A stretch of DNA of 60,447 nt, the filler included, from an uncultured Myxococcia bacterium (GTDB taxonomy: Bacteria > CAZTWC01), in NCBI GenBank assembly GCA_964617105.1. It is 6 parts of 6 records of this genome, joined end to end, with 100 filler letters (N's around TTAATTAATTAA, not from the genome) between each part and the next. Parts side by side here need not be neighbours in the genome. Positions count along the whole stretch, not along the records: positions 1 to 10,058 come from CAZTWC010000120.1; 5 more parts are not named here. The stretch is one strand, 5' to 3'. Both the position numbers and the translations under genes were made by a program. The notes under the pieces are model-generated. The model did not search any database. It saw only the letters and a list, made by a program, of their open reading frames with translations, and was not told the origin of the DNA. Shown piece after piece: positions 1-10,158 of this stretch. Each line of letters begins with the position of its first letter. The first letter of the stretch is position 1.

Positions 1-339
1 AAGGTTGGAGCGAAAATGTCTATGTTTACCCGGGGTTGTTTGGCGGGTAGCGGGGTGTTTTTTATCTCCCACAAGGGAGAGGTTTTTCCCTGCGGTTATC
101 TTCCCGTGCAAGCTGGCAAGGTTCCCGAGCAAAATTTGGCCCGCATCTGGGAAAATTCGCCGGTGTTTAATAGATTGCGGGATATTGACCAGTTAAAAGG
201 CAAGTGCGGTGCCTGCCCATACAAACAGGTCTGTATGGGCTGCCGGGCCCGGGCCTATTTTCAATCCGGCGACTACATGGATGAGGAACCCATGTGTTCT
301 TATGAGTTGCCCAAGAAAGATGAGTTGTCAAAAAGATAA
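1..339 (+). CDS. Radical SAM/SPASM protein, C-terminal fragment (Ahb/NirJ heme-biosynthesis-like)
   Basis: GCLAG...ISHKGEVFPCGYL and KGKCGACPYKQVCMGCRARA SPASM Cys motifs; 5' end outside the window. Confidence 0.75.
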   Translation, partial: KVGAKMSMFTRGCLAGSGVFFISHKGEVFPCGYLPVQAGKVPEQNLARIWENSPVFNRLRDIDQLKGKCGACPYKQVCMGCRARAYFQSGDYMDEEPMCSYELPKKDELSKR

Positions 340-560
340 GCCGTGGGCAGAAAAAATCTTCAAACGCCAGAAAGAGCACGCCGGCAAAAGCATCATGGCT
401 CGGGGAATGTGAGCCAAAACAATAAAACATAATAAAATGGTAAAAATGCCTCCACAAAAGACGGCATAATGTGCAGTAGCGAAAGTTTGACAAAAACTGC
501 AATTAATGCAATAAAGAAAATATATTGATGTAAATCAATAATCCCATATGGAGAGATTCA

Positions 561-1952
561 TTGAAAAAAGAAAATAATCGTTGCCAGGGTAATTTGCTAA
601 TAGTAGACGATGACCGTAAGATGCGGGAGATGATCTGCCAGGTTTTTTCCGTATCTAACTATAATATCAAAACAGCAGAGGATGGATTAAAAGCGCTGGA
701 GGCTATCAAATCTAACTGCTTTGACGTGGTAATAACCGATATGGTGATGCCCAATATGGGTGGTATCGAACTTTTAAGGATGATTAGAAAACTAAATCCC
801 GAAACCGTCACTATTATGATTACTGCTCACGGGGCAATTGAATCTGCAGTGGAGGCCATGCGGCAAGGTGCGTTTCACTACCTTACCAAACCGCTGGAGC
901 AGGAGAAACTGCGGAGTATTGTCAACATGGTGATGGACTCCAGGCGGCTAGTCAGGGAAAATAACCGGTTAAAGATGCAATTGGAGGATAAAAACAGTGG
1001 ACCTTTGATTATCGGTAATTCAACGCAAATAATCAGAACCAAGAGTCTAATCGATAAAATCGCGCCCTCTGATATTACCGTGCTGATCCAGGGTGAAAGC
1101 GGCACTGGCAAAGAGTTGGTGGCCCGGAGTATTCATCAAAAAAGCAAAAGGGCAAAAAATAATTTTGTGGCTATAAATTGTGCCGCCATTCCTCATAACC
1201 TGCTGGAGAGTGAACTTTTTGGATACAATAAGGGTGCATTTACCGGTGCGGACCAGCAGAAAAAAGGGTTGTTTGAAGAGGCTGATCAGGGCACTTTGTT
1301 CCTGGACGAGATTTCGGAAATAGATATTCAACTGCAGGCTAAGTTGCTCAGGGCTCTGCAAGAGGGTGAGATTCGTCGCCTGGGCAGTAACAGTGATGTT
1401 AAAGTGGATGTAAGGATAATCGCGGCCTCTAATCAGGATTTGAAAAAGATGCAGTCGGAAGGCAAAATGCGGCAAGATCTTTTTTATCGGCTCAATGTTA
1501 TGTCCTTTGTTCTTCCGCCTTTGCGGGAGCGGCGGGGAGATATTCCTTTATTGGCTTCCTATTTTCTGGATACAGTCTGCCATAGAAACCAGCGAGAGCG
1601 GATAACCCTGGGAAATAGGGTTGTTACTCAATTGTTAAAATACTCCTGGCCAGGCAATATCAGGGAGTTGCAGTCCGCCATAGAGTGCGGGGTAATCATG
1701 TGTGACGGCAGAGTATTGAAGCCGGAGCATATACCTTTGGAGCAGGGTAATAACCAGGTGGCGGAGAAGTTGAATCCCTATGATTTGGAGATTCCGGCAG
1801 AGGGGATCGATCTTGAGCAGGTGGAGATTTGCCTGATAAAAAAGGCGCTGGAAAGAGCGGACGGTAAATACCAGCAAGCAGCCAGTCTGCTGGGGCTGTC
1901 CTATAAAACCATGATCTACCGGGCCAAAAAATACCAACTTAAAAACAGGTAA
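561..1952 (+). CDS. Sigma-54-dependent response regulator (NtrC/AtoC family)
   Basis: Receiver domain (LIVDDD, DMVMP), Walker A GESGTGKE, GAFTGA, WPGNIREL, C-terminal Fis-type HTH. Confidence 0.95.
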   Translation: MKKENNRCQGNLLIVDDDRKMREMICQVFSVSNYNIKTAEDGLKALEAIKSNCFDVVITDMVMPNMGGIELLRMIRKLNPETVTIMITAHGAIESAVEAMRQGAFHYLTKPLEQEKLRSIVNMVMDSRRLVRENNRLKMQLEDKNSGPLIIGNSTQIIRTKSLIDKIAPSDITVLIQGESGTGKELVARSIHQKSKRAKNNFVAINCAAIPHNLLESELFGYNKGAFTGADQQKKGLFEEADQGTLFLDEISEIDIQLQAKLLRALQEGEIRRLGSNSDVKVDVRIIAASNQDLKKMQSEGKMRQDLFYRLNVMSFVLPPLRERRGDIPLLASYFLDTVCHRNQRERITLGNRVVTQLLKYSWPGNIRELQSAIECGVIMCDGRVLKPEHIPLEQGNNQVAEKLNPYDLEIPAEGIDLEQVEICLIKKALERADGKYQQAASLLGLSYKTMIYRAKKYQLKNR

Positions 1953-1960
1953 TAAAAAAA

Positions 1961-3544
1961 ATGACAAAAGAAAATCAGTTAAGTATTCAAGATTCCGAAA
2001 AGAATCAGGAAAACCAGGCCAAGACCCCCACCTCTTCTGGCATTGATAAGCGTAAATATCGAAGGATTGAGATTCGGGAGACCATCAGGATCTACCACGA
2101 TTCCAACACCTATGAGGAGTATTTTGGTGATGTTAGTTTAGGTGGCTGCATGATCTATTCCTACCGGCCAATCGGGACCGGTCAAAAGGTGGAGATTGGG
2201 GTAATTCTGGCCGATTTGAAGGAGATGCGGATTTTAGGAACGGTGAAGAGAGAAAAGGAGTTACAGGAGTCCAACGATTTCTTGACCGGCAGAAAGAGAG
2301 TGGTGTGCAAACATTGTGGCTGGCAGGGTTTTTGGCTTAATTATGGCGAAAACAGCATCAAATTTGTTACTGACAATCATAAGTTTAAACCTTTTGAGCA
2401 TATAATCTCTTTTGACAGCATGGTTTTTGCCTGTCCCAGGTGTGAACATGAACTGGAACATTCCCGGCATCCATACTATGAACTGGGTGTAAAGTTTGAT
2501 GAACTTAACCAGATCCAGTTAGACAAAATGGTAAATTATGTCAAGAACAATCTGCAGGGCTTAGAACCGCCACCGGAGGCTTCCAAGACAAAGACAGGTA
2601 GAATAAACAGGCGGGCAGCCAGGATAGACGTAGGTTATGTGCCCATGGATGTTACCAGCATTTTTGAAGATGGCATCTCTTTGCACGAGACTTATATCAA
2701 AAACATCAGTAGCGGCGGCATGTTTTTATATTCAAATTCAGATTTGCAGTTAAACCAGGAGTTCAGGCTGCAGTTGGGCCTGAAGGGGCAAAAAAATAAG
2801 TTTTTTATCAACTCCATGGTGATGCATAAAAAGATGAATCGCCGCAGTAAAAGTCAAAAGTTTGGTTATGGGATCAAATTTACCCATTTTGATCAGCAAA
2901 CCAAACAGAAGTTGGAAAAATTCATCCGCGCTTTAACTGAAAAAGATTATAAAAAATATATTACCAAAAAGCGGTTTTTCCGCAATCTTTTACAGTCGGT
3001 TGCGGTAGGTTTAAACACCTATATTGCCGGAGTGGTAACCGGCATAGTGGCCACTGCCGCCTTTTTCGGCTTGTTTAAGGGGATTGACCAGACTCTTCTG
3101 TTTGTTCGCACTCCAACTAAGCAGGCCGTTCAGGTGGATCCCAAATTGACCACCGGCCTTCAAAACATGAAAAAGATGTTTAAAAACAAGCGGGATCATA
3201 GGTTGATCGAAATGAACAAAGAACAGTTCAATTTAATGACTAATACCGATTTTGTTACCCAGGAGGAGTTGCAGGCCGAAGAGTATACCGCGGTGTTCAG
3301 CCCAAATAATGCCAATTTTATCCCGGAGATGGGGGATAGGCAAAAATTCGCCGCCAATGAGTTGGAGCGCAGCCAACAGGCCATGGAGGAGTTGAAGGAA
3401 AAGTACGACAAAACCATGTTCCACGGTATATATCAGGATAAAGGTGTAGGAATGCCTAAAATAGCGGAAGAGATGCAGGAGAAAATGGTGCAACTCAATC
3501 TAAAGATGATCTATCTGCAGGATATTGTAGATTTTGAACCCTGA
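1961..3544 (+). CDS. Tandem PilZ-domain membrane protein with a Zn-ribbon-like insertion
   Basis: RKYRR...DVSLGG and RRAAR...NISSGG PilZ motifs; CKHC...CPRC inside the first domain; one hydrophobic helix. Confidence 0.75.
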   Translation: MTKENQLSIQDSEKNQENQAKTPTSSGIDKRKYRRIEIRETIRIYHDSNTYEEYFGDVSLGGCMIYSYRPIGTGQKVEIGVILADLKEMRILGTVKREKELQESNDFLTGRKRVVCKHCGWQGFWLNYGENSIKFVTDNHKFKPFEHIISFDSMVFACPRCEHELEHSRHPYYELGVKFDELNQIQLDKMVNYVKNNLQGLEPPPEASKTKTGRINRRAARIDVGYVPMDVTSIFEDGISLHETYIKNISSGGMFLYSNSDLQLNQEFRLQLGLKGQKNKFFINSMVMHKKMNRRSKSQKFGYGIKFTHFDQQTKQKLEKFIRALTEKDYKKYITKKRFFRNLLQSVAVGLNTYIAGVVTGIVATAAFFGLFKGIDQTLLFVRTPTKQAVQVDPKLTTGLQNMKKMFKNKRDHRLIEMNKEQFNLMTNTDFVTQEELQAEEYTAVFSPNNANFIPEMGDRQKFAANELERSQQAMEELKEKYDKTMFHGIYQDKGVGMPKIAEEMQEKMVQLNLKMIYLQDIVDFEP

Positions 3545-3602
3545 CCAACACGCCCCACCAGGAACTGTCTGACCAGGTTGGATAGCGGTGAGAATTTGTT
3601 TG

Positions 3603-4853
3603 TCAGTAATCCGCCCCCATCTCATCCTGCCGGCTCACTTTGGCCCGGAAACCCCGGTTAATTTTAATAGTAAGAAGTAGCCATCCCACCAGGATCATCC
3701 CGGTAATCAGGGATACAGTAAAAGATCCTCCCAAGGCTACAAAAATCATCAAAATTAGGGAGGCGCCCACCTTGGCGGTACGGTAAGTGAGCATATCCAC
3801 AATCGATTTGCCAGCGGTTTTCTCCCGGTAAGTCAGGGGGATATACAGAATCTCTTTTGCGGCCCTGAAGATAGAGTAGTCAAAAGATTTACTGGCATTT
3901 TTAAGGACAGATACGGTTAGCAAACCTGGCGCGATGGTAAAAGATACCAGGCAGCTTCCCAAAAGAAATGGAACTCCCAGCAGGGTTATGGGTACACTCA
4001 ACAGACGAAGTATTGGCCCGGTAAGTGAGTGTAATACTACAGTTACCAGAGAGATAGATGCATAAACTTTGCCTATAATCCCGGTACGCTGGTCGGTATC
4101 GGGGTAAACACTCTCTACAATGGTGTTGAATTGATAATCTATCAGGGTGATGGCAATCTGCACCAGAGCCACTAGCCCCAGCATTAATAATAGGTATGAA
4201 CTTCTGCGAACCACCTTGACACCATTGGAGATCCCATAGGATGAGATCGCTTTTTCTTGCTTGACTGCCGAACCACCGCCCGCCAATTTGGCAAAGGGAA
4301 TACTGCCAAACCAAACCAGTAGCAGGATTGGCACCGCTGTCCATAGAGTTGCCACCGACCCAATTTCTTTGGCCAATACCCCCACCAGTAAACTGCCGGT
4401 TATGGCGCCCACAGCACCGCAGCCCCCAAAAAGCCCATAAACCCAGCGGGCGGTCTTGATGGGGAATATATGGTTTGTATAACTAAAAAAAATTTCCGTC
4501 AGGATAACTATATAGATATCTTTCCAGATATATAGGGCATAGTGTACCCCCGGCGCCTTGGCCCATCGGGCCAATAGCAAAAGCCCCAGCAAAATAGCAC
4601 TGATTCCGGCGGTATTGCCTAATAACGGCAGAAGAGCTTTTTTAGTGACGTAGCGGTTGTAGATTACCACCACCAAAACCACAGTGATAGCCAGTAAAAG
4701 CCAGACCATTGGCAGGGCTTTGCTGGAGTGGGTTTTAAGGAAAAGAGATTCGGTGGATGGCCGGACGATGGCATAGCTCCACTGTAGAAAAAATGCCATG
4801 ATACTTAGGCCTATAATCCGGATTAGGGTGGAGCTTCTCGGAGAACTATTCAT
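3603..4853 (-). CDS. MFS-type Npt1/Npt2 (TLC, ATP/ADP translocase-like) nucleotide transporter
   Basis: About 12 hydrophobic helices; YAIVRPSTESLF and KSFDYSIFRAAKEILYIPL...KSIVD...YRTAK motifs typical of NTT-like proteins. Confidence 0.75.
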   Translation of the reverse strand: MNSSPRSSTLIRIIGLSIMAFFLQWSYAIVRPSTESLFLKTHSSKALPMVWLLLAITVVLVVVIYNRYVTKKALLPLLGNTAGISAILLGLLLLARWAKAPGVHYALYIWKDIYIVILTEIFFSYTNHIFPIKTARWVYGLFGGCGAVGAITGSLLVGVLAKEIGSVATLWTAVPILLLVWFGSIPFAKLAGGGSAVKQEKAISSYGISNGVKVVRRSSYLLLMLGLVALVQIAITLIDYQFNTIVESVYPDTDQRTGIIGKVYASISLVTVVLHSLTGPILRLLSVPITLLGVPFLLGSCLVSFTIAPGLLTVSVLKNASKSFDYSIFRAAKEILYIPLTYREKTAGKSIVDMLTYRTAKVGASLILMIFVALGGSFTVSLITGMILVGWLLLTIKINRGFRAKVSRQDEMGADY

Positions 4854-4863
4854 GGTGGTTGAG

Positions 4864-5670
4864 TTAATATCTATATATATGGTTGCCGAACTCTACCGGC
4901 TCAGCAGAAGTTAAAAACTCTACAGCAATCTCTTCAAAAATCTTTTTGGACTTTTGCAGTGCATCGGCAATGCTCTGGGGGTGATGTCGTTCCCTCTCCC
5001 CCTGGCCGATCGAATATTTGTGTCCAACAACTACTGCCGCTGTGGGGATCTCCAGTTCATTGGCCAGAACTACTTCGGGCGCCAGGGTCATTGAATTGAC
5101 CTGGGCCCCCATAGAGGCCCAAAACCGGTTTTCTACTTTGGTTTTGTTGCGCGGCCCCTGGGCATAGGCAAAAACCAATCCAGGAAAAAGGGGCCAGCCC
5201 TTTTGAGATAACATCTTCTCCACTTGCATTCCCAGAGCCTTTGAGAACAAGCCCTGGTCGAGAACCAGGTGTCCCTGCCCTTTGGCAGGCTCGGTGAACA
5301 TGGTGCAGGCACTACCATCAGGGAGACGGTTATCAGGCATTAACAGATCATTGACCAGGATAGGGGTATCCAGGGGGACTTTGCTGTCCAGCACTCCCAC
5401 CGAGCTGGTTACCAGGAGGGCGCGGCAGCCAACCTCCTGCAGAGCAGCCGCCTGGGTCCGAAAAGGGATTTGGTTGGGTAAATAGTGATGGGGAGCGCCA
5501 TGGCGGAACAGTATCCAACCTGTCCGGCCATTTATCCCGGTCGGGTCTTTTATTGGATAACGGAACAGGGTGATTTCACCAAAGGCGGTATTAACTTTCT
5601 CGGCGATTAGTTTTTTGGAATCCAGACAGGGCTCTTCGCAGGCACTGCCCAGGATTACGGCCGTAGTCAT
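4864..5670 (-). CDS. MTAP/purine nucleoside phosphorylase family protein
   Basis: TAFG, FRHG..H..LPNQIPFR, SSVGVL, GPR..T..E, MTLAPEVVLANELEI motifs. Confidence 0.8.
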   Translation of the reverse strand: MTTAVILGSACEEPCLDSKKLIAEKVNTAFGEITLFRYPIKDPTGINGRTGWILFRHGAPHHYLPNQIPFRTQAAALQEVGCRALLVTSSVGVLDSKVPLDTPILVNDLLMPDNRLPDGSACTMFTEPAKGQGHLVLDQGLFSKALGMQVEKMLSQKGWPLFPGLVFAYAQGPRNKTKVENRFWASMGAQVNSMTLAPEVVLANELEIPTAAVVVGHKYSIGQGERERHHPQSIADALQKSKKIFEEIAVEFLTSAEPVEFGNHIYRY

Positions 5671-5810
5671 TTTAAATTATTCTTTCATACAGATAAAATT
5701 TGGCGATATTTTTTAAGAACATCTTCTTTTTGAGCAATTATTCATAGAATGAGATGAAGATCAATTTATTTTTTAAGTTATTTCTTAAAGTAACCTCTTT
5801 CATCGGACGG

Positions 5811-5839
5811 TTGACAAAAGATTATTAGTTTAATATTAT
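5811..5839 (+). promoter_or_regulatory. Sigma-70-type promoter of the XRE/oxidoreductase operon
   Basis: TTGACA (5811-5816), 17 nt spacer, TATTAT (5834-5839); SD GGAGG before ATG 5898. Confidence 0.7.
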
Positions 5840-5897
5840 TATAGTCTTTCTTTAATTAGTAAGCGTTTTCAATTTGCCTATATGGAGGGTCTCCAAG

Positions 5898-6479
5898 ATG
5901 ACTGTGGAAGTTTCCGATTTGAAAATAGGGGAAAAAATCAGCCGATTTCGTCAAAGCGCCGGTATTAGTGTGGATGAACTGGCCGTTAAAATTAGCGTCA
6001 CCCCGGCGGTTATGCAGCAAATAGAAAGAGATGTGGTGCAACCAACCATCGCCGCTCTGTTGAAGATATCAAAATATTTCAAAATAGATATGAGCAACTT
6101 TTTTGAGGCGGAGAAACCCAAAAAAATTGAGGTGCTGAGAAAAGAGGAGCGCCGAAAAGTTAAGCGTGACCGGGGCACCAAAGATAATCCCCTTAGTTAT
6201 AGTTACGAAGCCCTGGCTTCACCTTCCAACAAGCATATGCTTCCCTACCTGGTGGAATTTGACGTGGGGGTGGAAGAGGAGGTGGAACCATTGAGCCACG
6301 AAGGAGAAGAATTTTTATATGTCCTGGAAGGAGAGTTGGACATTCATGTTGATAACGAAGTTATCCGTCTCCATCCTGGAGACAGTCTATATTTTGATAG
6401 TTCAATGCCTCACTCCCTCCAGGGAAGCGGTAAAATAAATCCCAGGGCAATTGCCGTGGTCTATCCAGAAAAGAAATAG
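5898..6479 (+). CDS. XRE-family HTH regulator with cupin domain
   Basis: N-terminal HTH (IGEKISRFR...IERD...PTI), C-terminal [12 protein letters not shown]...GDSLYFDS cupin. Confidence 0.9.
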   Translation: MTVEVSDLKIGEKISRFRQSAGISVDELAVKISVTPAVMQQIERDVVQPTIAALLKISKYFKIDMSNFFEAEKPKKIEVLRKEERRKVKRDRGTKDNPLSYSYEALASPSNKHMLPYLVEFDVGVEEEVEPLSHEGEEFLYVLEGELDIHVDNEVIRLHPGDSLYFDSSMPHSLQGSGKINPRAIAVVYPEKK

Positions 6480-6489
6480 GGAGATTGAG

Positions 6490-7038
6490 ATGATAGAGTT
6501 AAGATTTCATGGCCGGGGAGGGCAAGGGGCAGTGGTAGCCTCCAAGATTTTTGCCGAGGCACTTTTTTATGAAGATAAATTCGTTCAATCGTTTCCCGCT
6601 TTTGGGGTTGAACGGCGAGGTGCACCCGTTACCGCCTTTACCAGAATAGATGATAAACCCATCAGGTTGAGAACCAATATCTACCAACCTGATCATATCG
6701 TGGTTTTGGATCCAACCCTGATAGATACCACCGATGTAACCGCCGGCCTTAAGGAGGGCGGGATAGTGTTAATCAATATTGACCGGGAGCCCTCTACCTA
6801 TACCAGGTTATCGGGATTCAAGGTGGCAACTGTTGACGCCAACCTGATAGCCACCGAATACCGCCTGGGTTCTCCCGCCTATCCTATTGTCAATACCGCT
6901 ATTTTAGGGGCTCTGTCCAGGGTCACCGAATTGGTGGGAATAGAGTCGGTATGCAAAGCCATCAGTAAAAGTGTTCCCACGAAGCCGGAAGCCAACTCCG
7001 AGGCTGCCCGGAAGGCTTTTAACCAGGTTTTGTATTGA
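6490..7038 (+). CDS. porC: 2-oxoacid:acceptor oxidoreductase gamma subunit
   Basis: [28 protein letters not shown]. Confidence 0.9.
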   Translation: MIELRFHGRGGQGAVVASKIFAEALFYEDKFVQSFPAFGVERRGAPVTAFTRIDDKPIRLRTNIYQPDHIVVLDPTLIDTTDVTAGLKEGGIVLINIDREPSTYTRLSGFKVATVDANLIATEYRLGSPAYPIVNTAILGALSRVTELVGIESVCKAISKSVPTKPEANSEAARKAFNQVLY

Positions 7039-7101
7039 TTTTCAGAATTTACATAAATGGCAACCTAGTATTAGCAAAGTATTAGCAAAATTGGGTGAAA
7101 A

Positions 7102-8910
7102 ATGGATTATAAAAACAAACCGATAATTTTCAACTCCGAACAAGATATGCCCTATCTTCCAGTTTCATCAGGCTCCATGCTCTGGAACAAAACTGGCAGT
7201 TGGCGCTATTTGCGGCCGGTGCATCAAAATTATCTTTCTCCTTGTCAGGCCGGCTGTCCTACCGCCAACAATATCGAATCATGGATCAGGTATATAGAAA
7301 TTGGCGATTATCCACAGGCGTTGAAAATATTGCGCACAGAAAATCCTTTTCCGGGAATATGCGGACGGGTCTGTTTTCATCCCTGTCAGGAGTCTTGCAA
7401 CCGTGGACAATACGATGGTGAAGTCTCTATTAACAATCTGGAGAGATTCCTTTCGGAGCAGGAGCAAGAGAAAGCCGTTACTCCGGATAATTTTTTTTCT
7501 GACACCGGTTTCAAGGTGGGAGTAGTGGGCGGAGGGCCGGCTGGATTGGCCTGCGCCTACCATGCCCGCCGTCTTGGCCACCAGGTGGTGTTGTTTGAAA
7601 CCAATGCCGAGGCCGGTGGTATTTGCCGTTACGGTATCCCATCATACCGGCTGCCCCGATATGTTTTGCAGCGGGAGATCACTATGCTGCGGGAGATGGG
7701 CATTGAACTTAAGGTTAACACCAGAGTGGGCCGTGATATAACCTGGGAGGAATTGGAGCAGCAATTCGATGCCGTGTTTATTGCCACCGGCGTCTGGAAG
7801 AGCCGTAAAATGATGATCGATAACGAAGATGCTCAGGGAGTGATGCCGGGGTTGAAATTTCTCTACCAGGTGGCCAATGGAGAGGTTCCTCCTTTGGGTA
7901 AAAATATTCTGGTAATTGGTGGAGGCAATACCGCGTTGGATACAGCCCGCACCGCTTTGCGGCTGGCGGCTCCCCAGGGTGGAAAAGTATATGTGGTATA
8001 TAGACGCTCCCGGGAAGAGATGCCTGCTTTTGCGGCAGAATTGAAAGAGGCGGACAGGGAGGGTATCGAATTTATTATGCTTACTGCTCCCGAACGGGTG
8101 CTGGTGGAGGATGGCAAAGTTATTGGCCTGGAATGTGCCAAGATGAGGTTGGGCGAACCGGATGACAGTGGCCGCCGACGCCCGGTTAAAGTGGACGGCA
8201 GTGAGCACGTAATGGAGGCGGATAATATTTTTGCCGCCATTGGTGAGCAGTTGGATGAACAGATGATCCCCGATGGCCTGGAACTCCACTGGGGTAAAGC
8301 AGTAGTCGATGACACCGGGCTTACCTCCAGGAAAAAATGGTTTGCCGGCGGTGATATGATCGACCAGCCCCACTCGGTGGTGGATGCTCTGGGCTCTGGT
8401 AAGCGAGCCGCTATTGTGATGGATTGTATGCACCGCGGCCTCGATTTTTCCCAAATCAAAGAGACCATCGGCATAGGTTCAAAGGGCGTTCTTTCCATGC
8501 GCAATTATGTTATGACTTTGCAAGAGGAAACCATTGAGGATGGTAAGGAAGTTTTGCCTTATGAGAAGATAAACCGCTTTTATTTTGAGAGTAGCCAACG
8601 CGGAAAAATGCCCAAATTGACTCTAAAACAGCGTTTGGGAACTGGTGGTGATGATTCCATCGCTGCAACTTCTAAAGAGGTAAATTTGGGGTTAAGCAGG
8701 GACGCTGCCTTGCATGATAGTTTACGCTGTTTTCATTGTGGTCAGTGTACTATGTGTGATACTTGCCTGATATACTGTCCCGAGGTGTCTATAAGGCGCC
8801 AGGTAAGTGAATATGGCTATCACATTGACTTGGATTATTGCAAGGGTTGTGGGCTTTGCGTAAAGGAATGCCCCCGTGGTTGTATCATTATGGAAAAGGA
8901 ATTGAGGTAA
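7102..8910 (+). CDS. GltD/NfnB-like NAD(P)H-FAD Fe-S oxidoreductase fused with the 2-oxoacid oxidoreductase delta subunit
   Basis: N-terminal TGSWRYLRPV, PCQAGCP...CGRVCFHPC..C, GGGPAG and GGGNTA dinucleotide motifs, C-terminal CTMCDTCLIYCP...CKGCGLCVKECP. Confidence 0.85.
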   Translation: MDYKNKPIIFNSEQDMPYLPVSSGSMLWNKTGSWRYLRPVHQNYLSPCQAGCPTANNIESWIRYIEIGDYPQALKILRTENPFPGICGRVCFHPCQESCNRGQYDGEVSINNLERFLSEQEQEKAVTPDNFFSDTGFKVGVVGGGPAGLACAYHARRLGHQVVLFETNAEAGGICRYGIPSYRLPRYVLQREITMLREMGIELKVNTRVGRDITWEELEQQFDAVFIATGVWKSRKMMIDNEDAQGVMPGLKFLYQVANGEVPPLGKNILVIGGGNTALDTARTALRLAAPQGGKVYVVYRRSREEMPAFAAELKEADREGIEFIMLTAPERVLVEDGKVIGLECAKMRLGEPDDSGRRRPVKVDGSEHVMEADNIFAAIGEQLDEQMIPDGLELHWGKAVVDDTGLTSRKKWFAGGDMIDQPHSVVDALGSGKRAAIVMDCMHRGLDFSQIKETIGIGSKGVLSMRNYVMTLQEETIEDGKEVLPYEKINRFYFESSQRGKMPKLTLKQRLGTGGDDSIAATSKEVNLGLSRDAALHDSLRCFHCGQCTMCDTCLIYCPEVSIRRQVSEYGYHIDLDYCKGCGLCVKECPRGCIIMEKELR

Positions 8911-8914
8911 ATAA

Positions 8915-10058
8915 ATGAAAAAAGTTATTGTTGGCAACCATGCAGTTTCTTATGGGGTGCAACTGGCCAGAGCTCAGGTCTTAGCCGCCTATCCAATCAC
9001 TCCCCAGTCATCGGTGGTGGAGGAATTATCGGAGATATGTGCTGATGGCAAACTGGACGCCAGGTTTATCAAAGTTGAGTCGGAGCACTCCGCCATGGCC
9101 ACTATAATAGGAGCCTGCTCCACCGGTGTGCGGGCTTTTACCGCCACCAGTTCCCAGGGTTTGGCCCTGATGCACGAGTTACTTCACTGGGCTAGTGGCG
9201 CCCGCCTGCCTTTGGTCATGGCCAATGTCAATCGGGCTTTGGGACCGGGATGGAATATCTGGGCCGACCAACTGGATTCACTTTCACAGCGCGATACCGG
9301 GTGGATGCAAGTCTATTGCGAAGATAACCAGGAGGTGTTGGATGCCACCATTCAGGCCTTTAGGATTGCTGAACTTGTCAATTTACCTATGATGATAACC
9401 TTTGACGCTTTTTTTCTTTCCCATACCTCGGAAGTGGTGGATATTCCCGACCAGGAAGAGGTGGACAGATTTTTACCCAAGTATGACCCGGAGTTTTTTC
9501 TCAATACCAAAGATCCCCGCTCTTTTGGTGCTCTTACTTCGCCGGATCATTACATGGAGATGCGCTATAAAATCCAGTCCGGCATGGATAAGGCCCTAAA
9601 GGTGAGTAAAGAGGTCTTTCAAGAGTTTAACCAGATTTTTGGCCGCCAGTATGACCTGGTGGAAAAGTATAAAATGGATGATGCCCAGGTGGTTTTGGTT
9701 ACTGCTGGCACGGTTACATCCACTAGTAAAGAGGTGGTGGATGAGTTGCGCGACAAGGGGGAGAAAGTGGGCCTCCTGAAGATCAGGATGTTTAGACCAT
9801 TCCCGGCCGAAGAGATACTAGAGGCTTTAAAAGGGAGAAAGAAAGTCCTGGTTTTGGACCGCAATATGAGTCCTGGTTTGGGCGGTATTTTTGCCCAGGA
9901 GGTAAAGGCGGTGGTGGGCAGATACACTCCGGTACATGGTTTTGTAGCCGGTCTGGGTGGAAGGGATATCACTCCGGATGCTATCAAACAAGTGATAAGC
10001 AAAGGCAAAGAGTTAGAGGATCAGGACACTCAAATCAATTGGGTGGGACTGCACTCTT
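8915..10058 (+). CDS. porA: 2-oxoacid:acceptor oxidoreductase alpha subunit (stop codon lost at contig end)
   Basis: AAYPITPQ, VESEHSA, TATSSQGLALMHE, FRPFP, GLGGRD. Confidence 0.92.
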
Positions 10059-10158
10059 NNNNNNNNNNNNNNNNNNNNNNNNNNNNNNNNNNNNNNNNNN
10101 NNTTAATTAATTAANNNNNNNNNNNNNNNNNNNNNNNNNNNNNNNNNNNNNNNNNNNN
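10059..10158. other. Artificial contig linker (N-TTAATTAATTAA-N)
   Basis: 100-nt N spacer containing a six-frame stop 12-mer; repeated identically at four other places. Confidence 0.98.

Noticed and set aside
7067-7088. Tandem AGTATTAGCAA x2 between porC and the next gene as a regulatory site
   Set aside because: A short duplication inside an operon with no other copy noticed and no match to a sigma-54 promoter
10103-10114. Recurrent TTAATTAATTAA as a biological repeat
   Set aside because: Always centred in 100-nt N blocks; an artificial six-frame-stop linker
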